Shown here piece after piece: positions 14,666-27,815 of a stretch of DNA of 64,000 nt. Each line of letters starts with the position of its first letter. Position 1 is the stretch's first letter. This DNA is from Adineta vaga (Eukaryota; Animalia; Rotifera). The position numbers and the translations under genes are program-made. The stretch spans positions 8,246,001 through 8,310,000 of the forward strand of contig CP075494.1 in NCBI GenBank assembly GCA_021613535.1. The letters are read 5' to 3'. Under the pieces are notes generated by a model. It did not search any database. It was given only the letters and a program-made list of their open reading frames with translations, and was not told the DNA's origin.

Positions 14666-17197
14666 ATGTCGGCGACGAATGATACATCACTTTGGTCATG
14701 GAGTGATAGTCATGGTGGATACTATCAAAATATTGTGGATAACTATACACTGTAATGATTTAAAAGAGAGTGTTCGATTTGAAATAATATTTCTTCTTCT
14801 TCTGTGATGTCATAGTTATTTATCAACTGATTATATTGTTGTACAACCGATGATACGTGATGCAAAAGAATTTCTTGTTATTGATCGAACACATGAAGAT
14901 ATTCAAATACATCGTAAAGATCTCTTTATCGATTGTTTATAGCATATGGAATATATTTTTATGTATTTTTGCTTTTCAGCTACATTACCAAATGTGGATG
15001 GTGCTATACGAAGATCAATTCATGGAATAATTGGAATAATCAATCTCATATCTGGTCCATATCTAATTGTTATTACATCTAAAGTTCGTGTAGGTGATAT
15101 CAATGGACAAGCAATTTATAAAGTACAAACAACCGATATTATTCCATATGCAAGAAATATGTCTCATTTAAATGAACATCAAGTAATGAAAATGAAAAAA
15201 AGAACTTTGATTGACTTGTTCGTTTTTTGTTTTCTAGTTGAAATATAATACAAAATATCTGTCAATGATTGAGCTTGTTCTAAGAACTGAAGCTTTTTAT
15301 TTCTCTTATACATATGATATTACTCATACATTTCAACGACTTCAAACATCATCACCAGATTTTCATTCCATACCATTTATGGAACGTGCCGATCAACGAT
15401 TTGTTTGGAATCGTTATTTACTTAGTCAATTTTTAACGAATCGTACAGTTGCTCGATTTGCTTTACCCATTATTCATGGATGTAAGTACAGACGGAAAGA
15501 TCTTCGAAGATAATATTTCTATTTGATTTTATTCTAGTTGTTGCATTACATACATTAAATATCAATGGCCATTCATTGGTTTATGGTGTTATTTCACGAA
15601 GAAGTACCTATCGAGCCGGTACAAGGTTAGTTGATGATTGAAGAAAAGAAATTTGAATGAAGTCTTTGATATTTATTAGATTATTCATTCGTGGTATTGA
15701 TGATGAAGGTCGAGTAGCAAATTTTGTGGAAACAGAACAAATTCTTCAATTAGAAGATATTGCTTGTTCCTATGTACAGGTAAACAAAGAGCAACATGAT
15801 ATTAGATATCGTAAAAGATGTTTCGAATTACGCTATCATTCCCTATATTTTGTTAGACGCGTGGCTCAGTGCCTTGTTTTTGGGCACAATTACCTGATCT
15901 TCGTTATAAACCAAAAGTAACTGTATTACCATCAAATCATCATGTAAGATAAATATTCTAATTGCTTTTATATACATTATTTTCTGGATACATTGTTTTT
16001 TCGATTAGATGGGTGCTTTTCGACGACATTTCGAAGAACAAGAATATTACTATGGTCGACAATTTCTTATCAGTCTTGTATGTGAATTGATTTGTATATG
16101 ATTCTGTTCTTTTCATTGATGATATCTATTAGACAAATCATCATGGCGCAGAAGGAAAATTAAATGGCAAATATCGAGAATTATATGAAGCAAGTCAAAA
16201 TTCGTATCTTAAGTATGAAAAGAAGAAAAACGTATTTTAAACCGTTCTGAAACTTCTGTTACTAGATTTGAAGATTTCGATTTCCATAAAGAATGTGCTG
16301 GTATGCGTTATGATCGATTGACAATTCTTCTTGCTCGTATTATTGCCGATCAAGATGAGTATAGTTATTTTGCTATGAATAAAGATGGTGCTTTACAGTC
16401 ACAACAAACAGGAGTATTTCGTACGAATTGTGTTGATTGTCTCGATCGAACTAATGTCGTACAAACATTACTTGCTAAACGTATATTAGAACAACAATTG
16501 AAACATTATAATGTTATAAAATACAATGAAACAATTGATTCATATAAACAATTGGGAAATATATTTAAAAATAGTGAGTTACTGGAGTGATTAACATTTT
16601 CATGTATATACATATTTATTTAGTTTGGGCGGATAATGCTGATGTAATTAGTCTTCAATATGCTGGAACTGGTGCTTTAAAAACAGATTATACCAGGTAT
16701 AAAAACTAATTTGTAAACTTAGAATTCGAATGTGATCTTTGTTAGGACTGGTCAACGATCGACGATGGGTCTATTTAGAGATGGTTATAATTCATGTATG
16801 CGTTATGTATTAAATAACTTTTTTGATGGTTTTCGACAAGTAAAAAAGAAAAATTTTCAAACGTTCCTATCTGAAATAGTTTTCTTTAAAAAACAAGGAT
16901 GGTATTGATCTCTTTTTGGGTTATTATCGTGTTTCATCTGATGAAGGTCGTACACCTGAATCCTGTCCAATTAGTAAAGAAATTAGTAAAAAATTTCTGA
17001 TTTTACCTGTCACAATGTTTCTTGCTTTGTCCATGTGTATTATCAGTCTATTGATTCCAGCTTCATCATTTCGTGAACAAATTACATATGTTTTATTTTG
17101 GGGTGCAGCTACTATTTCAACATTGGCTATTACTATCTTCTGGGGACAAGAATTAGTTGATGCACCACGACTTTATTCAAAAATGAAACGTGATTAA
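14666..17197 (+). CDS. SACM1L: Phosphatidylinositol-4-phosphate phosphatase SAC1, multi-exon
   Basis: [29 protein letters not shown], catalytic [12 protein letters not shown] (CX5RT), [16 protein letters not shown], two C-terminal TM helices, terminal KMKRD (KxKxx ER-retrieval type). Confidence 0.95.
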
Positions 17198-17590
17198 TTG
17201 CTGAATAAGACTCTTCCAAATGTTTAAAATTCTTTTTATTTCTTCGTGTATCTGCATACGTTCTTCATTTTTTTAAGATAATTTATCATTTATATGTTTG
17301 AGAATTGTGTTATTAAAAAAATGAAGGTATATATATTTATTTTTAGACAAATAATATTTCATTAGGCACTGAGGTGTAGTAAAGATTGAATGAATACTAA
17401 CTTAAAAACGAATACATTTGTCACTAATTCGTTGCTTTGCTAATCTAATTCACGTATTAAAGAATGATATGCGTAGTTCAATGGAAATGAAAATGAATTT
17501 GTATAACTAATCATTGCTATTCTTCTCAATAAAAATACGAATTAACTATAAGATCATTAAAGTTTATTCATAGATTTAGAACTTATTCGA

Positions 17591-18714
17591 ATGACGTTGA
17601 TTGATAAATTGAAATGTTGGCTTCATCTAACGCCAAACTGTGATCCGTCATTAGTTGTACGAAATATTGCCTATTTCTCTGGTAGTGAAGCTCATGTAAA
17701 TAATAAATTGGATATATTTCTTCCTGCTGCAAGAGCAAATTCAGAACTAACGGCTGTTGATCAAGACAAATCACGTAGACGACAGATTCCTGTTATTGTT
17801 CATGTTCATGGTGGTGGATGGGTTCGGGGTAGTCGCATAAGTGAAGGACGTGGTGGACCAACAGTAGGTCGAACATGTGCTCAAGAAGGTTTTATTGGTG
17901 TTGTTGTATCTTATCGATTAGCACGAATCTCTCTCATATCATATCTTGCTTGGTCATTGATCTTTGGTCTCATTATTATTATCATTGGCATCGGTTTACT
18001 TTCATGGCAACTTATAGTTGGCTATTTCGCATTTATGATTGCTGCATATGGATATAATTTTTTTTATCAAGTTCGAAAACCAGTTAATATTGATCATGTA
18101 AATAAGAATCAATCAGTTTAATAAATACTGAAAACAAATATTCATATGTTTAGATGATGGATGATATTGCACGTGCACTTGTCTATATTCGAGATCATAT
18201 TAATGAACATTGTTCACATGCTGATCCAAATCAAATATTTCTCTCTGGTCATTCGGCTGGTTCGCATTTAATTAGTTTACTTGTTTTGGATAAATCTCAT
18301 CTTCAACGTCATCATTTCTCTCTAGCATCTATTCAAGGAGTAATTGCTACTAGTGGAATCTATAGTTTAACAAATCCTACTCATGATTCAGAAAATAATA
18401 TTCGTAATTGGATATTTCGAATACTTTATTCAAGTAATTTAATCTATCCAAAAGGAAAAACTGCAAAAGACTATTCTCCAATTGAATATATCAAAGAAGA
18501 TGATGACATACCACCGTTTCTTGTTATGTCAGCACGATTTGATATGGGTTTAGAAGTTGATGGAAAACGTTTCTATGAAAGATTTCAAACTTGTCGACAA
18601 TCTGCTGAATATTATGTTGTCAGTGGTACACATGGAAATATTGCATCAAATTTTTCGAAAAATGATGCACGAAAACATTTTTTTGAATTTATTCGTCAAC
18701 ATACAACACATTAG
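17591..18714 (+). CDS. Alpha/beta-hydrolase (HGGG / GHSAG esterase family) with inserted hydrophobic segment; intron 18098-18153
   Basis: LDIFLP, VHVHGGGW, YRL, nucleophile GHSAG, SGIY, PPFL...D, C-terminal H (GTHG). The two ORFs join in frame through a GT-AG intron. Confidence 0.85.
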
Positions 18715-19077
18715 AAAAAGAAAAAAAAGCATCGAAAATAGTTTTATTCACGCAATTTTGTTAATTTAAAACTAAATAAAGCAAAGAACAAATTCATGCC
18801 CAACTTTTTTTCCCCATATGTCACAATTTTCAAAACATTATACACGTATTGCGCAAAAAGGAACTGCAATTATCATTAGTTTCGGCAATTTTTAGTGGTA
18901 ACTAATAATTAACTGTAGACGTTCGAAATAATAATACAAATTTAAGTGACGGACACATCTGTCATTTTTGCCTTGATTATTTCACCTGATATTTGTCTTT
19001 CTTGACTTCTCACATAATAGCAAATAATTCCTCTTATAATTTATTTTACATCAGATCAATATAAATCCTCTTTCTTT

Positions 19078-20238
19078 TTAAGCATGACTTGAAAAATAAT
19101 TCTTATTAAGTAAAGCATATAAAAACGGATTCAAGCATGAATTGAAATATGACAATGCATGTGCAATCATTCGGATCGTTTCCAAAACATAAAAATGTTC
19201 TTTATGAAATAATGGAGATAATAATTGTGAACAATTAAGAATTTCTAAGATATGTATTGGTAACCAACAGATAGCAAATGCTAATGTTAGACCTAATAAC
19301 ATACGACGCACGCGACGTCGCTTTAATTGAATGTAACGACGAGGAACATTTCGCTAAAATATAAAATTAATTTCTCAAAATAGATTATTCACAAAATCGA
19401 ACTTACTTGATGATCATGTATTTGCATTGTCGAACGTTCCACACGCATATAGACACGTAAATAACAGATACCAATAATTGATAATGGTAGAACATAATAA
19501 AATCCAAATGTAAATATACATGATGACAAAAGTGAATTATGATCGTATACAGCACAATCGTAGTGATATGTTGGTGAAGTATTTGTATGAATAATTGTAC
19601 GTAAAAAGTATTTGTACGGAAACATGAACAGAAGAGAAACTAAAGAAGAAATAGATAGTTTCAATTGATTTATAAACAATAATCGATGCTTACTAATCCA
19701 AATAGATAAACAAATCAACTGAGCATATTTTGCTTTACGATATTTTCGATACCATTTTACATGAAGCATATATAAATATCGATCAATACTCATTGCAGCT
19801 AATGTATAACAAGTTGCTTGTAAAAATACCTATATCAATTTCAACACTATTGAACTATTCAAGATAAATGGCACTTACATGTGCTAAATAAATGTTCATT
19901 TTACATATAAATTCACCAAAAATCCACAGTTTCATCATTCCCATATAGGATGTCAATGGTACAGATATCAGAAGAAAAAGAAGATCTGTTGTTGCCAAAT
20001 TCATGATGAAGCAATTTGTTACATTCTTACGATATCTTCGTTTGTATATACCAATAATTAGAACTAAAGCATTACCTACACAAGGAGAAAAAAGCTCGAG
20101 AAATATTGTGCATTTGTACATTATTTTAGTATCTTTACCAAGAACACCACAAATACAGACAGATAACAATACTGTTGTCATTGTAACGACTGCTACTTGT
20201 CCATAGATTTCGTCTGTACTCACTGCCATCGTTGACAT
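19078..20238 (-). CDS. Neuropeptide GPCR, galanin/allatostatin-A/kisspeptin receptor-like, multi-exon
   Basis: GNALV, TNCFIMNLATTDLLFL, WIFGEFICK, AMSIDRY, FAICWLP.H, SYFNSCLNPFLYA. Ligand family is inferred from general resemblance. Confidence 0.8.
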
Positions 20239-23200
20239 AATGAATATTCTACTGAAAATTATCAAATTTTACTCGTTTGTATGTCTATTACTCAACGAAA
20301 GAACGGCAAACCTCTGATTATTTCAACAATAAAATATAGACAGGAAGTAATAAAAGAGAAAATGCATGTCGTTATTATTGGAAAAAGAAGAAGCGAAAGT
20401 AAAGATTTATCGGCATATAGTCGAGGTATCTTTGTCTCAAAAAATTACTAAAACATGATAATGCTCTTATATATACATATATATATGTACGTAAGAGTTG
20501 ATTATCTCTTAAAACTTTTTATAATTTGAATTCTGAGCAAGTAAGATATATATTCATAGACTTTTTAAGCCTTTTATGTCAGAATAACTTGTTGAGATCT
20601 AAGACATTACCAAAGAAAATATAAATCATAGGATATATATATATATTCTGTCTATTTAGTTAAATGAAAACATATATTATGTAGCTAATTGAATCTATAC
20701 CAAAATTGATTTATCGTTGTTTTTCACAAGTCATACATATCTCTAATTTGAATGTTATTGGAGACTGATATAGATTACTGGTGTTATCTTTTCAAACTCA
20801 CTAGCGATAATGATTTTCGGAGTACTGAAAGTGAATGAAGTAGATACTTTTTAAATTAGTTCGGTCGTACTATCAAGAGTGGAAACGTTGAGATCTCTGT
20901 AACAATCGATAAAAAATGATTTTGATCAACAGAAAATATATGATCACATAAAAATATTGAGAATTAAGATCAAACTTTTCTGTATCAGGTTTATGTTTTT
21001 ACGTTATATTACCTCAAGTTTGGTATATACGCACATAAATTATATTTTTAGACGTTTAATGGCAGGAAAAAAGCTATTATTTAATTTGATGTCAATAGTA
21101 TAGCGTTCATTTGCGGTTAGATAATCATTATATAGATGAACGCTTCGTCTTTTCGTCTGGTCTTTGTAGTCATTGTTTGATTTGATCATGTAGAAATAGA
21201 TGTCTTAGTATGCAATGCAATTTATTTTTCTTTAGATTTCGATTATATTTTTAGGTCACGTTGAAATTCAAGTTTTGCCAACGACTGCTAAATCTTTAAA
21301 TGTTATAATTGCAAATTTATTTCCTTTCATCCCAATTTTTTGTGTTATATCTCTTCAGGTGTTAATTGTAACATTTTTTACATCTGTACTGTGATATTGA
21401 TGTTCTTAACGAAAAATATATAACTTCTCATGTATTTCTCTTTTCAATATCAATTTAATTGTAAAAGATGTTCTAGGAAATAATTAACGATATTACTGCA
21501 GTATTATATTAAAAATGGTTTGAGTGAAGAAGAGAAAACCTGAGAATACGATAGGGGCATTAGATTTAATCTGTTTTGACTAATTGTTTCGAAAATCAAC
21601 ATAATCCTTGAAGATATTGTAAATGTGAAGAAAGAAATCGGCAATAGCCTCTTTAATTATATGCAGTTAAATTAGGAACAACACCATTAATCAAGTCGAG
21701 CCGCCATTCTTCCAAAATGAATTGACTTGTACAAACCTGAGAAAATCAATAAAAGAAGGTGTCATTTGACACTACCATCGAAATTTTTCATAGCAATGTT
21801 ATTCTAAACGGAATGTATGATGTCCTCTCGAAAAGATACTTCCTTGTCTCATTCTCAGGTAGCGTTCCTCTAGGAACTCGCTTAAGTTTTTTCGCCGAAA
21901 TTGTATTTTTAAACTATCATCAAACTATTCATTTGTATAATTGTAATAAATCAATTTTGGATTCCATTATCCGATTCGGATTATTTTCTGGTAAGTGTGG
22001 ACGTATAAACAAGAAAACAATTTATTTCTGCAAAATTCAGATCAATTCTTACGCATTATCTCTCAAAGCCTGTTACTAACGCCGTAGTAACCCTCACTGT
22101 ACTACGATAGATCTACCAAATGAAATATTGGTTCAATTTTGACGAATTGATCATATTTCGATGCTATTACTGAACATAGATAGTTTAATTTATCATATTG
22201 CCTATTTTTTAACGACTGCGACGCGTTTTCAAGGCAATAGAAAACGTGAGTTGGTTATTTTGTAAACTATATAGAATATGTGGATATGTTAGAAACAAAA
22301 GCCGAAAAATATTCAATGCCATCATTATCTGCTATTGTGCCATTTTTATCAGAGGATTTCCAAAAGAATAACTCAGGACAAAGATTTCAGCCAGAATACT
22401 GCTTCTATGAAATCATCGCAATTCCGCGGAACCCGCCGTTTTCGGGCCGTATAATTCGACCTCGAAGATTATCAGTAAGAAAAAAAAACATTTTTTTACA
22501 GAAGGTCGATGCTGAAACGATTATTAACAAAGAATGATGTGCCATTTAATAAATGACTCGAGCCGTACAACATCACTTGGCATTATCATATTTCTGTGAT
22601 TTTATGAATATTTAGAGCTAATTAGATCGTTCAATAAATACTCGTATTGAAAATGGTTTCTTTCATTGATGTTTAAACCGATATAACGATTGATCAAGAG
22701 AAAAAAAGCAAAAGAGAAGAAGATGAAAGTTAATTCGGAGAAATTGTTAGAAGGATCTTAATTAATAATATTCCTTTTGATTCTAAGAAAAGATGAAATA
22801 TATAAAGGAATATCTATATAAAAACAGTAGATGAATTGAAGAACATTTCGCAAATACTATTCAACAATCTAAACACAAATAGCATCACGTTTCTCCACCT
22901 CAGAAACACGAGTGATTTTATATTGAATAATTATTTTGTATTGTTTCATTAAATGACAACCAGCACCCGGATATTTACTTTTGAATTATTTTTATCATCA
23001 ATCTTGAGAGTATGGGTGAAGATACATTAAGAACCAACCTGACTCACATCAACACCCTAAATTTGGTCATTACGGATCGTGTGTGTAGTAAAAGGGCTTT
23101 GGTAGGAGAACGGCATAAAGATACTTCCGATGTTTTGAATACTATGACGCTGTTTTGTTATAAAATGTAGATTGTGTATGGGAAGATTTTTTATTGTCCG

Positions 23201-24129
23201 AAGGAATAGCTGGCAACGGAAAGTACCACGCTTCGAGTCTTGCTTTCTGTCAGAGTCTTTGATGCAACTCCATTCTTTGCTGTGCCATCTAGTTGAGTCT
23301 CCGAAGCGCTCTCACTCACTGGTCGATGTACATGTCTATAAATAAACCAATACGACACCACTTACACATATTGTTGTTACTAGTTACATTTAATAAGATT
23401 CTTCCTTTTTATAGTTTTCTTATCAGTAGCTTTTATGAATACATCGTGTGAGTGAAGATGAGGGTTGTGTATGAGCTAATTATCGGGTAACGAGATCATT
23501 CGACCAAACTCACTGAAATTCTTCAGGTTATGAAGGATATGGTTTGTTTACCGAGTAATGAGATCGTCATTCAATAGGGTAACCAGTTTGTAAAGTAATC
23601 AAATTTATTTGGTTAACGCATTGGACACCGAGATGTTCAACTACCGATACTCAGTGTAATGACATTATGAAAGCTATGCGTTCGCATACAAAAAAGAAAC
23701 AAAACTGTAACGACATAAAGTGGAACAAACAGACAAAAAAAACAAGATATTTAGGTTTCTGGTTTGTCGATATAGCAAGATAATTATTCTGTTCTTTCTT
23801 TCATTGCTTTGTTCATGACTCATTTATGCAACATCTAGTCCTAAAAATGAAACGAGGTCCTTCGCAACGTCGACTTAATCTTAATTCAAAGTTGTTTTCC
23901 AGTGTAAATTAAATTAATTGATCAACTAAGCTACTTGATTAAATATATAAGTAAAATAATTTATTAATTCTAAATTAATGCGGAAAATAAATGATAATGA
24001 AAATTAAAATTTACTGCAATCATGATTATGTTTATACTGAAAACAACACCCTCACACTCTCTCAGTGGTCTATTGTTAAAAAAAATTGAAATTCACACAA
24101 AGTCACTAATATTTGATTAGCTGGCACAA

Positions 24130-24742
24130 TCAAAACAATCCCCACTTGGCCCGTATTTTTGCTCCACATGCTTCACAAACGTCGTCGACGAACCTTCTAC
24201 AATCTCGGCTTAGAAGGGAATAAGTAGCACCATGGTATTCGTTGATAATATCTTGAACTTTTGATGGTGAGGCATCAACTACCTCTGAATCCCAGAACTC
24301 TGCCAGATCGTTTTTATTAACCCGTCGTTTAAGAATTTCCGATTCTGATTTGTCGTTCGCCATGTGTATGTGTATTTGATCATGTTCGCATCTCTCAACT
24401 TCCAGTAATATAAATCTTTGTTCAGTTTCAAGAATAGTAAGAACATGATGTGTACCACCAGTCATACCCCCTGCAACTAGGCCATTACCATAAATTGAAA
24501 TCTTCTCAATCCTTTTGTCTTGTCTAATACCAGGTTTTGGACCAGGGCTAAAAATGAAAATCAAATAATTTAAACTATAGAGGCGATTAATTAAATATAC
24601 CGAGGTCTTCGATCTGAGCTTGAAGATGATTTTGAAAATAATGAACTCATAATTCGAAACGATACGAATCTACATTCAAATTTTAAAAACATTTTTGAAA
24701 TAAACATGAGTGAATATTTTTTGCATACATCGCTTTTACCAT
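24130..24742 (-). CDS. Small permuted papain-fold (PPPDE/LRAT-like) thiol hydrolase candidate; 3 exons, start uncertain (24742 or 24650)
   Basis: Pattern HH-VL-T...Y-S-LLSR-D-C-RR-FV resembles the H...Y-x-L-L-x-x-N-C-x-x-F signature of permuted NlpC/P60 enzymes. GT-AG introns keep the frame. Confidence 0.55.
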
Positions 24743-27040
24743 TCTATACTATACAGTTTTGTCTTTTCTTTCGATTATACGAACAAAAACGAAGCAACCG
24801 AAAAGAGTTTTTATGACATCGTTATGGCTGGTGTAATATTAAATGGGATATGTTATTAAACACTAACTTGTTACTCGAATGCAAAAATAAATTGTCTTCG
24901 AAACAAACAAAAAACCAATGAGAAAACGTTTCTTCTTTCATATTTTATTATTATATACTTCGATATATGATAGAAATAATCCGATGTTGTGAGTTTTTAA
25001 TCATTAAAATTTCTTGTCATTTGATAAACTGTGCAACTACAGTAAAATCTATAGATTATGATATTAGTCTCACCCTTTTTCTGCAATACTTATGAATCTT
25101 TTATCTCGATATTCGATTGCAATTGTAAGTTTTTTATCCGCAGTTAACTCTTGTAACTATCTATTACATTTCATATATCTATTCGATACAGAATAATAGT
25201 TTCAAAATTCCCTGATGATTGTCCTTGGACAAAATAAAAACGATTGTCGCAAGTAATCTGAAAATATTTTGTAAGCTCAACTTCAAGATAGTAAAAATCG
25301 ACGTAAACAGTAAGATAAAGTTTCTTGATCCGTACTGTTTATAAAAGCCGATCATAATGCGATTGTCTCAATAAATTCTTTATATAAAGACTAACTCGCC
25401 ATTTTTCTGCTACATGTATATTTTATAAATCACAATAGATGAGAAATACTATAATACGAGGATGAGAATGGATGAATTATCACAATACATATAGTACAAC
25501 TTTAAATTATTTTTCTACACAGACACCTACAATATAATAACACCGAATTCATTCAGAACGATGATACTAAATGTGCTAAATCATTTTAAGAAAGATGAAA
25601 ACCTCATGATTCATATATATATACTCACTCATCATCAAAATAACATTGAAACAACTAGTAATATGGTAATCATACTAAATCCTGATTGTTAAGATGTGTA
25701 TGCACTAGAACATTTATCTCAACGACAGAAGAAAAAGTATTATTGCATGTTTCGTGCGTGCGATCAGATAACGTAAATACAGAAACGAAAGAGAAGATTA
25801 GAATAACAAATGTGATGATATCATAGTATTGTAATTGTATTTGTTCTTATTTTCTATCGAGAATTGTCTAATTATATGATATCGATCGACTAACTCGAAG
25901 AAAAATCGAACGGAGCAAGAACAAGAGATCGAATAAGTCTTTTATCTCGAGTTAAAAAGTAAAAGAATGAAAGAGAGAAGAGATTAGAAAAAAAAAACAA
26001 GTGAAACTGATTAGTAAACAATAAATAAAGTACTAATGGGGAATTCAAGGATGTACGATAGAACAAATGCTGTCTTGAATAAAAACATCAAAATCGAAGG
26101 CAACTAATTATGTAAGATTCTAATAAAGAGTATAAATGTAGACTTGAAAATAGATTAAAGAGAAAACAGATTATCTCGTTTGATTTAAATCAGTCAATGA
26201 TACAGGAAGAAAATAGAAAGGTACTTTTTTTATTGTCTTATTAACTTTCTCAAACTGTTCGAAATTATATTGATTTTAGTAATTGTTGATACTTTTTGTA
26301 ACTTACTTGTTTATGAGATGAAATGCCGTAGAATTAATAGTTTGTTCACAGTTTTTCTTTATAGGAAAAGGGAAAAAAATAATAAATGATAAGTATGTTA
26401 AAGAATATTGTATTGTATTCTTTAGACAATTGTCAATTGAAAAAAGTCAATAGAATTTCTTCTTTATATATATAATATCGTTCTATAAACTGGTTTTTTT
26501 AACCGTTGGTTTTTTCCAAGTATTAGTTGATACTTTGAATAAATCGTTTTTGTTCTCTTCCGTCTACTTAATTCTCTTCCAACTGTAAATAGATATTTAT
26601 TATTGTACAATAACGTTCGAGTACATTACATAGCTTTGTTTTTATTCTTTTATCTTATTTTTCTGTTTTCTTCGGCTCGTTCTTTGACCTATGTAAATAT
26701 GTATGCATCCATATTTATACGACTCTTCTTTTTTCTCCGAATAAAAAAGACGTTTAATTAAACGAAAATAATTTTCAAAAAAGAGATTCGATAACAGCTT
26801 CATTAGTTTTTTTTCGTATTTTCAATATTTGAAAATATAAATTTCCAATGTGCATGGAATATAGATGGACAATCATTGTATCATAAAATATTATATAAAT
26901 AATTAATAAAAAAGAACAGATTCGTTCTCAATTGGAATAAAGCATTGCTGTATTCAACATTGTATTGCTTCTTTCTATTCTTTCTCATCGATGGTATCTG
27001 AATTATCTTCGTTACTCTTATCTTCCACCATCGCACCCTC

Positions 27041-27309
27041 CAGTAGCGTGAACAAGGAGAGGCGCGTAGGACGTGAAGAACCCCTGCTTCTGAAAATTAA
27101 TAGGAAAAAAGGGTTTCGTCCCCTTGCTTTTGAAAATTTCGTTTTTTGGTCATCAGAAATCAAAGGAGGATGGTTGCGGCTCCCTGCTGTGACATCTGAC
27201 TTACATCCCCGACACCCTCACCCATACCCACCCATGTGGATATCTTCGAAATAAGAATATTTGAAGTGCAGGAGAGTTTTTGGCAAGATTACATTGGTTA
27301 ATGCTACTG
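27041..27309. mobile_element. Putative degenerate non-autonomous DNA transposon (MITE, hAT-like ends)
   Basis: GC-richer island. Left end CAGTAGCGTGAACAA matches the reverse complement of the right end (CAGTAGCATTAACCA) at 12/15. No target-site duplication is visible. Confidence 0.4.
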
Positions 27310-27815
27310 ATACATCAGAGAAAAAACATCACGCTGTTTTGATCAAAGATGTCTGTATATATTTATTCAACAATTAGAAACGAATGACAAGATACTATTA
27401 AAACTAATTGACTACTGTCTCGATTGAGTACAATTATGATCATTACTATGAATACTCAGGTCAAGATGAACTAGTTTTATAAATAGACACGAAACGAAGA
27501 GTCGTTCATTTTGTGAACAAAATTTTACTAGTAATAAATTATCAATGAAATTAATAATTCTGAAAATTTATTTGATGTGATAATTTTCATTGTAAAGACT
27601 ATAAACTACTTACTCCATCTATGAAATGATGTGATTGCTTCATCGGAGGTTATCATTTTAAATTTGATTTGTTATTATTATTTTCTCAACAAATGAAACA
27701 AATCAACCAACTATATTATGCCGAGTTGATCCGCATCATCGTTTCTTCATCCTTATTCATTACACTACAACTATCTTTTTTATGTAATAAAAACATGACA
27801 TTTTTCCTTAGATAA

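Noticed and set aside
21759-22537. ORFs 21759-22079 and 22280-22537 as intact genes
   Set aside because: Non-ATG starts, no coherent splice model and no recognisable domain.
23156-23388. Solo LTR (TG...CA with TATAAATAAA near the 3' end)
   Set aside because: Terminal inverted match is weak, there is no target-site duplication, PBS or PPT, and no second copy in the window.
27165-27240. 7SK snRNA gene next to HEXIM (GGATG...GCTGTGACATCTG...CATCC recalls the 7SK 5' region)
   Set aside because: No paired GAUC motifs and no recognisable 3' stem plus oligo-T terminator. The similarity is short and sits inside a TIR-bounded element. A covariance-model search would be needed.
26975-27254. ORFs 26975-27163 (-) and 26991-27254 (+) as proteins
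   Set aside because: No recognisable motifs; open frames are expected in this GC-richer element.
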